A stretch of DNA of 64,000 bases, from positions 1,612,001 to 1,676,000 of the forward strand of contig CM022676.1 of assembly GCA_012295275.1 (NCBI GenBank), written 5' to 3'. The notes beneath the pieces are model-generated. The model had not been told where the DNA came from and searched no databases. It worked only from the letters and a program-made list of their open reading frames with translations. The position numbers and the translations under genes are program-made. Positions within the stretch are counted from its first letter, which is position 1. Each line of letters begins with the position of its first letter. The DNA is from Chrysomallon squamiferum (lineage: Eukaryota > Animalia > Mollusca). Below are positions 11,575-26,800 of this stretch, piece after piece.

Positions 11575-14500
11575 ACCAGGTTTTAGACGGGACACTTCGT
11601 ATCTACGTATGTATTTTCCTATCTCCACATCCTCCGTTCTCCACTGACTTTTCACTGGAGCTATCTCCTTGTACTGGACTCTGAAAAACGTGATGGCCAG
11701 TCCATCATTCTCAGGCACTGTCCAGTTCAACATAATGGACGTCTCGGACAGCTGAGTGACTGTTGGTCTGGATGGGGGAACAAGTTTAACTGAAATACAA
11801 GAGAAAACATTATATTGGTAAACAGAGAAATGTCATTTTATAACTTTTTTGTAACTTTAGCAATAATAATAATGCATGTAGTTTGCAGTTTTTTAAATTT
11901 ACTTTTTGATATTTCTATTTTATAACTTTCGTAATTTTGATATATGTAAATGATATATGTAAATGATTTTTTTTCAGATATACCTTTCTCATCAGCTCTC
12001 TTTCTGTCAGAGTTTCGATGTTTCTTCTTCTTCTTTCCTCTTCGTCTTTGTTTTGCTTTTCTTCGACTGTTGTGATTCTTTTTCCTTTTTCTCTTTGGCT
12101 TTCGACTTGTGAATGCAACATCTTCAGTTGTCTCATTATTTGATGCTGCGAGGTCTGTTTCTGTAACACCTGTTACAACATCATCTGTGTTAACAAACAT
12201 CAAATAATAAATTACAGCAGTCAATATCACCACTGGTCAAAATACAGGAATATTTCAACAGTAAACATAAAGAAAGAGATCAGTATGGCAAAAATTATGT
12301 AAAATACCAAAACTGTCATATAGAGTAAAGCTGTAACAACATAAAGAGAACAAAATAAGAAAAAAGATTTTAAGCCAAAATAAATTTTCTGTTCTAACTA
12401 GTATTTTTACTTTTATTACTGAATAAAAAGAACTAACTACAGAAGATACAAAAATAATACATTTTAAATATAAAATTATTACAGTAAATTTTTTTTTTTT
12501 TTTTTTTTTTTTAAAATTTTAAATATATACTGGTAGATAAAAATTATTTTATCAACATACCTGATTTACCTGAGGGGTCAAGACCTTGACCAGTGACCTC
12601 CACACTGATTGTGGCGTGAGCAACACCGGCATCATTTGTTGCCACACACTGATAAATCCCCTGATGAGAGGGCGCCACTTTCTCTAACAAAAACGTATCA
12701 GCTGAAACAAAAGATGTAATATAATTAGAGACACAAAGATAAACTAAAATGAAACATAAAATATTTAAAAAAATAAAAACAATGAGTATCATGTGTATAT
12801 TGGCATATTACTGGGTAAGTAAAGAACATAAAATGTTTGACATCTTATAGAATGAATGTCACTATACATAAAACAATATCCTAGCAAATTAAATAAATTT
12901 ATTATGTTCAGTAGATGTTACTGGAAAAGATAATTACATTCAACCAGATACATATGTCAGGTAGTAAACAATAAATCTGCACACAAAACAAACAACTACA
13001 TACATTTCAGTTTATTAGGTAGATGTTAAGTTTATTTTAACATGGTCATCTTGAATTTATACAATTTAGAAACAGAAGATGCACACACACATATATACCT
13101 ACACACATCAACCTGGTATGTAATATATTCAAACTTGCATGTGTTAAAAAAGTATATTCTATCATTTGAAAATTTATTTGTTCCTATCTAATCATATAAA
13201 CTAAGTGTCTGAGAAGCAATAAGGTGTAAACCAGATACAGAGTTTTTAAACTGATGTTAAAATTACTAAAAATGTTAAAACTATCATCATACAAACTCAT
13301 TTATTACTTTTTTTTAGAACTCTCTCATGGCATGTAAAGTTTATATTTCTGTTGTTACCTCTTTTCATGTAACCGTTACAGCTATCAAAAGAAGAGATGT
13401 AACAGATACTTTGTAATTACCTCCAGTCTGCACTTTTCTGGCATTGAAGAACCAGACTAGGTGAGGTTCAGGCCTGCCCTGGACACTGCAGTGTAGCTGA
13501 AGCCCCTCCCCTGCCGATTTCACTATCAGTGACTTGAGTGCATGCACTGCAGGTGGCTCTGTGAAAAAAAAGAAAAAGAAAACAAAAAATGAGTTAATTT
13601 TCTTTATATGAACTCTTCATATGAAATCACTCATTTTAAAACCATTTCTTGTTGATGAATGGAAAAAGTAATGAAAATCACTAAGTTTAAAATCAATTTC
13701 AGATATAAATATGAAAAATAAATAAACACAAATGAAAATTCTAAAATCAGTTGTTGTCATGGTAGTGAAAAAAGAGTAAAAATCTGCAATAAATTAAAAG
13801 AAATTGTAGAAATGTAAGGAAAAAATTATTTTCATTATTTTAATAAACTAATATTCCACTAACATTTAATCAATAATAAAAAATAACGTTTTAATATTAA
13901 CAACTGATAAGAGTCAAAAATGTATGTATCTCTTCTACAGAGAAGAGGAATTTGCTGTAAGTATTTCACAAAACATGTACTCACCTGTCACTTGAAGAGA
14001 GACAAGTTTCGTCACTGTTGTGTTAGTTCCTAGACAGAGGTAAGTACCTGCGTCTTCTATCTGTACATTTCTTATGTGCAGATTACCTTAAAAACAAAAA
14101 TATTCTTTTATAATTTCAGAAATTTGATTTAGTCAACAACACAATACTGTCTAAATTATCTACATCCATAACAATTAATATTATTTATGATCATCATTTT
14201 CTTTCTTTTTATATTGTTTATTTTTTAATCGTGCTACATTATTTTTATAAAATTTAATTTCCTAAAAATTAACAAAGCATGCCTCTGTACATGCATGCAC
14301 AAATACACATACACTGACATTGTAACAAAGAATGAAAGAGTTTTTACCATGTTCTTGTCTCATTCTAGTAAAGTTGAGCTGTCCACCATATTTAGTCCAG
14401 ACCACTCTTGGTTTTGGGAAACTTGATGTTGGACATTCCAGTGTAACATCCTGACTTTTCTGTTGTTGTATGGACGTTGCCTCTGTGTCCACTATCTCTG

Positions 14501-15652
14501 TTCTCTCTCCTGCACCAGTTATAAAATGAATTAATTAATAAATGAATATAACGAGTAACTGGATTAGTCACAGATTATAGTTGTAACTAAATGCTTAAAA
14601 TATTACAAGGATCTGTAAAACACAAATGACTGAATGAATGAAAAATTTATTAATTGATTATAGACAACTTTATGTTTACAACTCATGTTAGACATATTAT
14701 GACACACTTATTAAGATACAATATTTACACAATGTTGATGCTACTGAAGTTTATCAACATGTTAACACATATATTTGGTACAATAATGTTTATAAGGCGG
14801 TTGATATACTGACATTTACAATGAAGTTGCTATAATAATTTTACAAGATGACTGACATAATGAAGTTGACAAACATGATGACACATTGACATTTACAAAG
14901 ACATTAACAATGACATTTAAAAAGCTGCCAATCTTTTGACAAGAATTTCTATTTCATCAACTTCGTCTGAATCTGAATCAGCTGCTCACAAAAGCAGCTG
15001 TAAGCTTTTAGAATTTTTCATTTCAATAAAATGAAAAGAAATAAAAATAACATGAGAAATAAAAGATTAAAAACTGAAAGGAAAAAAGAAACAAAATAAA
15101 AATGCAGTGAGCCAGCTACATTCAACAGTTTTCAATTCAATATTTGATTTATTCTTTTTTCTGTCTCACAAACAACATACAGGTGGGCTAAAGCAGAGTT
15201 ATCCCTTTTTCAGTTATACAAAATTTATTACTTTAATCCTTTAACAAACGTTTAAAATATTAAACTTTAATCGTTTAACAAATGTTATTAATACATTACT
15301 TGAATCATTTAACAAATGTTTAAATTTATCTATAAATGAAAGAAATTAAAACAATTTGGAAAATTACAAAATAAGATCAAAAGATACAATGGACACTAAA
15401 CATTTCTGATACCAGTTCCCCACCTCTCTCTCAGTTAAACTAGTGTTAATACTATAAAATATTAAGAAGATAACAAACCTTGTGACTGGTCAGACACAGA
15501 TAAATAAATGAAGTGAGAGGCTGTGTGTTTCTGACCTGACGCGGGGTTCACAGCCACACACTGGTACCTGCCACTGTCAGCAGGCTGAACGTTTTCTATT
15601 AAAATATTTCCTGAGGGTAATTTGTGGTAAGTATCTGAAAATTAAAAACATG

Positions 15653-15690
<38 letters not shown>

Positions 15691-18600
15691 TAGTTTATAA
15701 TCTTAATTAAATTGAAAGTGTAAATACATAATAATATTATAAATCTTTTAAAGTTCAAATTCTTTAATATTCACTTTCCAGTAAGCAGGAAATCAAACTT
15801 TTAACAAAGTGGACGGACAGGTATGTGCAGTTCTTACCTTTCCCCAAACATTTATGATTCATGGATTATATCTTGTCAGTTTTGTTTGCTATTTTATTCA
15901 GATTATTTTTGATTTTTGTTTTATTTATATTTGTGTTGTTATTTAGATATTTAGTGTGCTATATTTGGATGTTTTTGTGATTTCTTTTGATTTTTTTTGA
16001 TATTATTATTATTAATATTTTTTTTTATATAATTATTGTGCTGTTAAACTTATTTATGGAGATCAATGTGAAACAGAATTGAAAGTTTCCAATCATTCAT
16101 GTTTCCTTATAAATAATATATCTTACTCTTCAGCATGAGTAAAATATCAACATTTTAGTGATATCCTTAAGTGTACAAATTTAATTATGAAAACCTATTT
16201 AATTAGATTATCTTACAAAGTCATCTTTGTTGTAAACCTATTTAGAGATATCATTCTCAAGTGAATATATCATGTTTGTTGTAAACCTATTTAGAGATAT
16301 CATTCTCAAGTGAATATATCATGTTTGTTGTAAACCTATTTAGAGATATCATTCTCAAGTGAATATATCATGTTTGTTGTAAACCTATTTAGAGATATCA
16401 TTCTCAAGTGAATATATCATGTTTGTTGTAAACTATTTAGAGATCATTCTCAAGTGAATTGCTGTAAACCTATTTAGAGAGATCATTCTCAAGTGACTAT
16501 ATCATATTATAAATGTTTCCTCAATGTTCCAGCTGTTTCTGAAAGTGATCCTCGAAGCAGGTTCTTAGCCAGGAGAGGTGGAATGCCAAAAATCTGATTT
16601 TTATCCAGAACGTACTAAGAAAGTTGCTGACATTTTGTCTTAATTTATGGTAACCGTGGAAATAAAAGACAATTGTAGGAAATTTCCTGGATTCCTGAAC
16701 TGCTATGATTTACAACTGAGAAGCAAAACTGATCAGCTCAATTAGCTTCAAAGAAAATCCAGCACATCTGTGGCTGCCAGTCAAACGAGAAGAGCTACCA
16801 AGAGAGATTATACTGAAGCTAATCTGGTAACAAAAGTGCTATTGTTAGCATCTAGCAGACATTACTCACTTCATAATATACAGTGTAACTGATAAACATG
16901 GATTTAGCATGTGACAGCTTAATGTTTAATAAGAAGTTTTTGAACATAACATTTCAGTTTATTATGTCTGATCAAGTTATTAGTATTTAAAAACATCATT
17001 GTGACAAAATTACTTAAACTTGTATGGAATATATATTTAAGAATAAGGAATTTTTTTATTGTGATTTGAAGTGTCTGTTGACTTTATTCAAGTTTATAAA
17101 TAGTGTTATCATGAAATACATTAATACAGATCTTGTATTTAATAATCAATACTTTTGAATATAACTCAAAATTTAATTCTATTTATTGGTGTCTTCTTAT
17201 AAATTTAGTAAATTTAAAAAATATATTTCCCTTATGTTTATATTACCTGATAAGTATGGAGGTATATAAATAATTATGATTTTGAAAAAAGCACGTATGT
17301 TAATTGTAATTTATTTAAGTTGAGTAAATTTTATGTAATCTTCGATGTTTGATGTTTTTAATTGAAATTTATTAGTTCCAGATGAATTTAGTAGAATTAA
17401 AACATAATAAATTTGATAATTTCAAAGATTTCAGTTAAGATGTTTTTTCTGTGAACTTTATAATGAAATCAACTTGAAAATGGACAGAGGGAATCTTGCT
17501 TAGTCTAATAAATTAAAATAACTTTTTTGTAACCAATGATTTACCATACTGAGGTTGTAGACGATGACTTTTCTGCGTTATTACAAGTGATGAAGAGTAT
17601 AAATTAACTTTAGAGTGAGGTTACGAAAGTGTAAATAAAAATCTAATCTTTTGAAGTTTATTATTTATTAATCAAGTCTTGACTATTCAGAGTCTGGGAA
17701 GAAAAAAATTTACTGTCTGGATAATAATGTTATTCACTTCTCTACTGTATCATATTTCAAACAAAACCATAAATAAACAAAAGAGAGAAAAAAAAAATTC
17801 ATTTCCTTTTCCCCTCCTACTCTTGTCTGTATGAGAAAATTTAAACAGAAAATTAATTTCCAAAATCTTTTCAAGATTTCAGTCTGAACCATAATTAGTA
17901 GAGCTTGGATAAGAATTTTAAAAATGTCTGCGTTGTTTTCTTCACCAAACAAGTGCGTGTTTCTGAAGAAAAAACAACAAAGATAATTATAAGCTAGTGG
18001 AGAGGACAAGCCACAAATCACTCTGACACGGAAACTGGTGAGAGAGGTGTTGTGTTTCAAAGACATCCGCTAAACCAGATCTCTGATAATACATCATCCC
18101 TATCTCACATCTTCTGACACCTTCAATACACACCTTTCATTCATCCTTCTGTCACTTTCTACACCTTCATTCATCCTCTGTTCTTGTTGTCATTTTTTTG
18201 TTTCATTAAGTCTTTCATTATTAATCAATATATAAAAATACCACTAAGAATTATTCAGAAATTCTTAAAAAGTAATGTAACAGTTTAATTCATTTTTCAT
18301 TATATATATATATATATATAGATATATATATTAAACACACATATACATTTATACAAATATAAGTATATATATTTTGAAATGCATCATTCAGTCAGATAAA
18401 TGTTCATCATCTACTGAAGTTTTCTTGTTTCTGTTGTCATTTTTCAACAAGCTCTTGTTATTAGCTGTCATTAAAAAAACTACAAGAATTATTCTGAAAT
18501 TTATCAATTTATCAGAATAATCAGCTTGGTCTATTGAAAGGTTCTGCTATTTTGAAGAGTTGAAGATAATATTCTGATAAAAACAGTTTAACACCAGACT

Positions 18601-19079
18601 TCTAGTCACTTTGCTAACAGCAGGAGTTATACCAAGATAAATAGAATTGTCTCCCCTAGAACACTCTTTAGGTTTTTCATTCACTGCTGCACAGCTTGCT
18701 GTCAAAGAAGATAGTTTCTGGATAAAATGTTTTTCAAATTTTTGGCCCTTTTCAGGATGTATTTTTATTTTTTACTTTTATTATTTATTTAAATATCAGA
18801 TTTATTTTGTTGCAGTTGGATTCTTAATCTGAGGTTATATCTCTGATATGGTTAAAATAACCAATAAATATCGGTTAAGTTAATATGAGAAAGTTAAATA
18901 AACATGATTCTGACTGGAAAATTTCTTTTTGTTGCCATATTTTAATAGTTGACATATTTAGATATTTGTGTATCCTCCTTTAACTTTACATCTATCTATC
19001 TATCTAGATATAGTTTTTATTTAGATTGTGTTATGTTAGCTTTTTTTGAAAGTTATTTTATACTGATGCATACAAATAC

Positions 19080-19126
<47 letters not shown>

Positions 19127-20834
19127 CATTTAAAAATAAAACAAAACACCAAATTTTTTGCTGTTTTGTATCATAACAGTAACAGTTATTTTTAGAAATA
19201 TTTTGCAATCTGTGGGTATGAAAGAATACATATATTAATAACTTGTTTAGATTTTGGTGAGATATGAAAAATGTGGAGGAATGAAAACTATGTATTCTCA
19301 TTATGTCGTCAACAAGAAAACTGAAATATTTCCCATGACTAGAAATACTTTCTGCTAAGTTTCAAAAACAATCAGTTTTGTTTATCCCCAAACCACAAAA
19401 ATATTTCTTGAAACCCAAAGAAGGCCTCTGATAAAGCAACAAGTGAAACATGGTAAAGATGAATCAGGGCCTGTAACTCCAGTCTTTCCCATACATCATC
19501 AAGCCAGCATGACTGCCTTGGTTCTCAGCATTTCCAAGACAACAAAATAACTGGTAAACAGTCATTTATCAGTTATTTGAAAGCTTTTCATAAAAAACAA
19601 GTTGATACATAAAGTTCTTTAAAAAGCAACTACCAAAAACATCACCATCCAAAACAAAGTGTATATATATATATATAATAATAATAATAATAATTATAAT
19701 AATAATAATAATAATAATAATATTTCATTACCAAACAGTCTCACTCTTTTCCCCTCATTTTTCAATAACAATTATGTTATATTATAATTTTTATAATTAA
19801 CACTATTTCTAGCCATTTGTTCTGTTAAAGGGGTCACAGGCTTTCATTTCTTTCAATGAGTACAGTATTTAAAACTTTATAATTTTATTTAATGTACTTG
19901 TCATAAACAAGTACATATAAATTATAAATCAAGTTTAAAAAATAAAAAATAAAATAAATGAAAGGAATAAATTTGTAGTTATAAAAGTATTTTGAATGAA
20001 ATTATGTTATAGAATAAAATTATGAAAATTATATTATACAGCAATTTTCAAAAGTTTATTTCCATTTATACATAATTTAATACTTTTTAAAACTAATAAA
20101 ATGTATGGCATTTCTTTCAAACTTTATCTAAAGATTTATATTATAATATAGTACTAAAACAAAAAGTGAATTAAAGATGGTATTGTCTGGCAATGTTTTC
20201 AAACTACTGCTCTCATCTCCTACATATATACAGTTAATTCATTAACTGTCAGAGAATGTTCCTTTATCCATTTCCATGACAACCAGAGGCAAGCAACATT
20301 TGTTTTCACTTTGGACATTGTGTTGTGAACATTAATTAGCCTCTGATTGGCTGATGGGGTAAGTGACAGGTGTCAATCATCCAGTATATCCGAGGTTCTT
20401 TCCCAGCAAGCCAGTTTATTATAAGCCATAGCTAGTTTACTGAGAATGTTTATTCTGCAATGCTGGAGCCCAGTTTCATGCTAGCTTCCATAGCAGAACC
20501 TGCCGTATCAGATTTCATTATCAGGCTTTGTGTATGGCAAGTAAACAAGCAAAAAGTGATTACAAAATACAAACACCTATCTCTATTACATTCCACTGTT
20601 CTCATATATACCAACACAAACAGACAATGTGTATTAATCAAAACAATATATACAACTGTACACTCAGAAAAATACTAATGTATATCATTCATAATTGTTT
20701 CTTTCCCTTGCTTTCTTCATTTTTATTTTCTCAACACTTTCTCTTTCCATTTTTCTCTCTCTCCATTTTCCTTCATTTTTATTTTCCTCTGTATTTCTCT
20801 ATTATTTTCTCCCTATTCTCTCTTTCTCCACACA

Positions 20835-20894
<60 letters not shown>

Positions 20895-23788
20895 AAAAAA
20901 AAAGAGACAAAAATAAATACTTACTTACTAATGAAATTAGAATGGCCAGACTGTTTATTAATAATTTTAATAAAATTCAAATAAAATATTTTTATAGTTC
21001 ATGAAATTTATCATTTATATGATAAAATAATTTTGTATGCTATTATGGCATTCATATTAAATCTGTTTAATCCAAAACTAACAGCACCACCCATTTCCAC
21101 CAGTCTATTACCTGTCAAACCAGTTTGTCACTTTCTAATTTCAGTATCATGGTGTGGCAAATCACATGAACAGATAATTATTTTTTATATTAATTCTATA
21201 AATATACAAAAGAAATATATTTATTTTAATATACAAGGAATCTGTGTTCATTGTTTTAACAGATCAGAGATATACAAAGTATACATACATATACAGGCCT
21301 GTATTTCAATAAACTAAATATATGAAGTTGTTATTGTACAGAATGATATGTTATAATATATGTATATTATAATTATCATTCAGACAGGTGTGTATTATAA
21401 TATATATATATTATCAACAGTCAGGAAGGTGTTGTAACATAGACATATAATTATAAAACAGGTATGACAGAGACAGATATATATTTTATTAGTCTACTAT
21501 CAGTAGGGCATCTTAGACATGCAGACTGGAAATTCACATGTTGGTGACTTCATGCAGCTAAATGTAATATTAGTGTGAGAAAAGTGAGCTAGTCAGCATG
21601 ACTTCTGTACAAAGTGTCACAGTAAATGATGTATTAAAGCTCTAGGTGTGTGATAAAAATTTTAATTTTTAAACTGTTGTGTGCTTATGAATAGAACAGG
21701 TGATACAGGTATGTGTCAGACATCACTCACAGTGTGTGTTATAAATTTCTAACACTGATTCATTGTATCACTGTGTTTATCATTCCGTATTACATCTAAA
21801 CGCTGCTTGTATTTCACAGAAGAAATATATTTCAATTATAATTAGAATGAATATTATAAATACAGACATGCACATATAATGAGGTGTGCATGTGTGCATG
21901 TTTTTACTCTATCTATCCATATACACTATAACAAAAACAGATAAGAATAACAGAAGAAACATGCTTTTGCCATGCAGTATGCTCTTCATTTTTGGTGATT
22001 TGCAATGTTGTTTTATATGCCAAAATTATTAAGAAGTGATCTAGCATGCAATGCAGTCTCTTTATCATTTATTTCTTAAATGAAAGAAGTTTTAAAATAC
22101 ATGTTTAAAGTAAAAATGAGAGAGAGAGAGAGAATTTATGAAAATGTTTTATTTATTTATTTATTAATCTATTTATTTATTTATTTTGTTTTCTTTAAGA
22201 TCTTGAAGTATAAACTCATTTACCACAGAAACAGAACCTGACCCATTCTGAAATATTAGATTCCATCCCTGAAATATTCTCAGGCTCAACAAGGACAATT
22301 TTTTATATTTTTTTTAACAGAAAGTTTACTTATGTTGTTCAATACATCAACACATTAACATGTAGCTGAATTTTATACACCCAAAATGATTCTTAATGTA
22401 TTTAACCTTGCATGTTTAATATCGTAAGTGCACATGGTTGAACATCAAAGGGAGCTAACTCTGCTACAAACTGGGATGTGTGGCACATTAAAAACATATT
22501 CAATCGCCTGACTTGCATTGCAGACATGTATTACTTTTTAACCACACATTGTAATCAGTGCAGCTGTCTCCTAATAGCTTTCACAAATTGTTGCTGTTGC
22601 GTGTTCAACGCTGTGATCACCGTACACTTTGCCAGTAGAAAACTTTATGCACCACTGCACAGACGGCAATATCAAACAAACATTGATGCTGCACCATGCT
22701 TTAATCACAGCATCACTGCACAAATGTGTATGAAATTCTGCCAACAGATGGCACACTTGGAGAAACTGTTTGAAAACTGAGTGGTTATTTTAACACTCAT
22801 TTCCACAATGCAACTTCAAGTGTGTTTAAAATGCTGTTTACAAGTTTAATATGCTATAAACTGAGTTACTTAATTGCTTATCTTTATCTTACACTACCTC
22901 AGTTTTCACCTAAACTTGTGCATCTCTAAATAAAATAATTACCTCTATAATATCTATTACTTTTATGGCTTTACTAAAAGTATTACATTTTTGACTTTCA
23001 TGAATATACGACCTTTATGATTTTAATAAAATATTACTTTATGTTTAAAAAAAACCATATATATTATCTGTATTGTATTACTAATAAAGAACTACATTTA
23101 TGACTTTGTTCCTTCTTTTTTCAAAATTAACTTTGTAATTATTTATATTTTTCTCATGATGCTTAAATTACGTATATTTATATAATTATAGAATAAAATA
23201 TCGAAACTCAGAAAAAAAAAGAGGAAAAAATGAATATATACATTTTCAGTCCATCAGACTTTGATGAGAATTTCTGTGAAAGTTGAAAAACATAATTAAA
23301 CTTTTTCTGACTATGTTAATGGTCTGGAAAATTAAAATACTTCATTAACTGTGAAGCTAAAAATGTCAAAAATATTACTCAAACTATGGTTAGTAATACA
23401 GGAGCAACTTTACTTTGATTTATGAAGATTTTCTGAAAACCAGATTTGATATACTTAGAAAAGAAAGAAAGAGAGAGAAAAAAAAATGAAGAAGAAATTC
23501 CAGACCCACAAAATAATTTTTTCTGAACTAAATACATTTTCTATACCAGCATCTTTCATCTTCTGCTATTTATCCTTTGGAGAAGCATCCAGCTTTGATT
23601 AATGAGCCTGGTTATCACATGTGTGAGCACGAACACATTTAAACCATATTTTGACAAGGCAAATGATGTGAGCAAACATTAGGGATGTGCTCAAACCATG
23701 AGCAGTTGTCAGAGTCTGAGTATGATGTATGAGCAACAGCAGACCTAAAATCATCAACCACAAATGTCTGGCCAAAATTACAAAGACA

Positions 23789-23840
<52 letters not shown>

Positions 23841-26800
23841 ATATAGTGTGCAAGTATCTGTGTTTTTGTTTTGATATTTATATGTGCATGTAGGTTATGT
23901 ATGGTATGTAACCATCTCTTACTCAGTTTTCAATTGATATCATAACAGAATATAACACTGCAATAAAATAACAATAATATAAATATACACATATATATGT
24001 GTGTGTGTGTGTGTGTGTGTACATCCATGTACATTAACACTAAAAACACTGTATAATCAGTTTAAAAAATAAACACCGTAAACATAAGAAACACCAATAT
24101 TTAAATAGATATCTAATATTACAACAGACAAAAGAGATAAAGGCATTGAAATCACACCTATTTATAATTACAATAAACAAACAAATAAAAAATAAATAAC
24201 TTTTGTATACAAGATATTATATAAACAATATTTAATGAGAAACCTCTGCAGAGAACATATTATAACATAATAAATTTTAAATAAGTTAAAAAATCCAAGT
24301 TTTGCTAGAAACTGTCAACTCACAGGTTTTCTTTTACACTTTGCAGCTGATGAACTTTTATATGCACCATCCAAGGCAGAATAGTACATACCATAGCGTT
24401 TGTTACACCAGTGATAGAGAAATGGCTGGACTGAGATAATTTGGAATAAATAAATGATCTGATGACTACCACAACTTTAGCTAATGTTTTACAATCAAAC
24501 TGTAAGCCAATCATCATTAAAACCATATTTAACATCTACAGTGATGAGGAAAAAGGGAGGCTTATATGTTTTTAATGAATAGATGAAAGAAAAATTGAAA
24601 GATAACAGATTAATTGACAGATAAAGAGAGAGTAAAGGTAAAGTGAAAAAGAATGTGGAAACTAGAGAACTATTTCTACATACATTTAACTAGAAAATTA
24701 GCTGTAGCTAACTATGTACATATAGATACTGCTAAGGTGAACTTTTTATTGGTATCATTTGACAGTAGAACGTTCCGAGATGTATTTGGTTACAAATCTT
24801 TTTTATACACTAACTGACTATGAAATCACCCATAGTTGTGTTTTGTTACAAAATAAATTGAGTTAATTTTAGTTTTAATATGAAAGAGAGAGAAAATAAA
24901 GAAGAAAGTTTTTGTGTAGAAGACACAAAGAAAAAGAAAAGCACTTGTATCAGTTGTTGATTTATAGGCAGCTCACTATCAGCCACAGCAAAACAAGTGC
25001 AAAATGATGTCACTCTGTGATTTTCAACAGCAAAAACATAACAAAATTACAACAACCAAGTAATCAAAACAAATCAAAGAAAAAACATGAAAAAATAATA
25101 CATGCATAGAAAGTTGCTTTTGAATACAACAAATTAATTTTAATTTATGGAATACATTTTTTCAAAATCCTTAATGATTTGTTAAAAGAAAATAAATTTT
25201 CATTTATTGCTTTTTACAAAATCCTTTGACATAGAATTTTAATCTCTGACCTATCAGTTCCATACAGTGACAGAATTTTTGATTTCTCAAATTCTTAATC
25301 ATTCCTGGTTTCAAAATCCCTAACTAATATTTGTAATAATGTAAAAATTACAAAAAATATTTATAATTTCACAAAAGTGTAATTTTCATAAAACCTGATC
25401 AACAATAGAAATTTATTTTCTGAATTCTTAAAAATAATAATAAATTTTATTGTAATTCTAATTCCAGAAAATAATTAAACTTTAATTGTTTGCAATTACT
25501 TACAAAAAAAAAGAAAGAAAAGAAATGATTTCAGAATCCTTAAATTTAAGAATCTTAACAATAAAATTATTAAAAATCATACTTGTTCTAAAAAATAGAT
25601 TATCTTAATCTGAAATCTCTAATATTTCCTCAACAAAATAAAAAATTTAAATATCGGTATCCCTAGCAGGACCTCTCACTTTGTCTGGCACTGTTTTGAA
25701 GGTACACTTATCAAAATTAAGATATATTACCAACATTTGTTAAGTTGCTGCATGCAAACCAAGAGCCTGGTTGAACGTTAAATATCGCACTGAGCCAACC
25801 TCAGATCAAAGCCAATAACAGACTACATGAGAAACTGAGCTAAAAGTCGACTGCAGATACTGCTTTGCTGTCAATCACATCGTTGCTGGCAGCTGTCTCA
25901 TAAATATGACAGCCAGGCAGCTGTTGGCGACTACTAGATTTTCTTTCAAAATTCTAACCACAAACTGCTTGTTACTGCAATAACTTCATGTGTATGAATT
26001 AAACATCATTCTTATATTTTATTATTATTTTTTAATTTTTGGATAGAGTCTTTGTGTATGTGCATGCATGTTTTTGTGTTTTATTTGTTTTTTAGTGCAT
26101 GTGTGTGTGTGTGTGTGTGTATGCGAGTGTGTAAACGAGTGTGTAATTACATTTATGTATATATTATGACCAGTCTGTGAATATAAAATGAATAAATAAA
26201 CTATTTTGTTTTTTAAAATATCCATTGTTTACTGTGCTTAAATATTTTGTTACATATTTGTATTATTATTTAATAATTTTAATTTATACTTGTAGCTGTT
26301 ATAATATGATTTTCATAGTTCTTTGGATGATAAATAGTTTTCAGTTCATCAGTGTTTACATTCAGATGGTTCTATTTACATTTAAATTCTCCTTAATTTG
26401 TTAAGTTTAAATTGTGTTGTTTTATTTAAACTGAGTTGTTTTATTTAAATTATATTGTTTTATTTAAATTGTGTTGTTTTATTTAAACAGAGTTGTTTTA
26501 TTTAAATGGTTCTTGTCTTACATTTACATTAGCTATCTTTAAGTGGTTCTCTTTATACTAGATGTTCTTGTATTATCTTTAAATGGTCCTTGCATTATCA
26601 TTAGATGTTCTTATATTATTAGTTGCTATATTAATGTTCTTATGCTACAGTATTTAGAGAGTTTTGAGGTCAGGGTTTGGTGGGGGTTTTCTGCAGTCAT
26701 AGACTGTTGCTGTATTTTAAGTAATTCTTCCTATTATTTTAAAAAGAGGTTGTCTGTTGTATGTTTAAAATAGTTTTTGTTTATATCTATATTTACTTTC

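Noticed and set aside
4453-16505. 33-, 39- and 49-bp repeat arrays as CRISPR-like arrays
   Set aside because: Head-to-tail units with no unique spacers, no cas genes, and a eukaryotic context.
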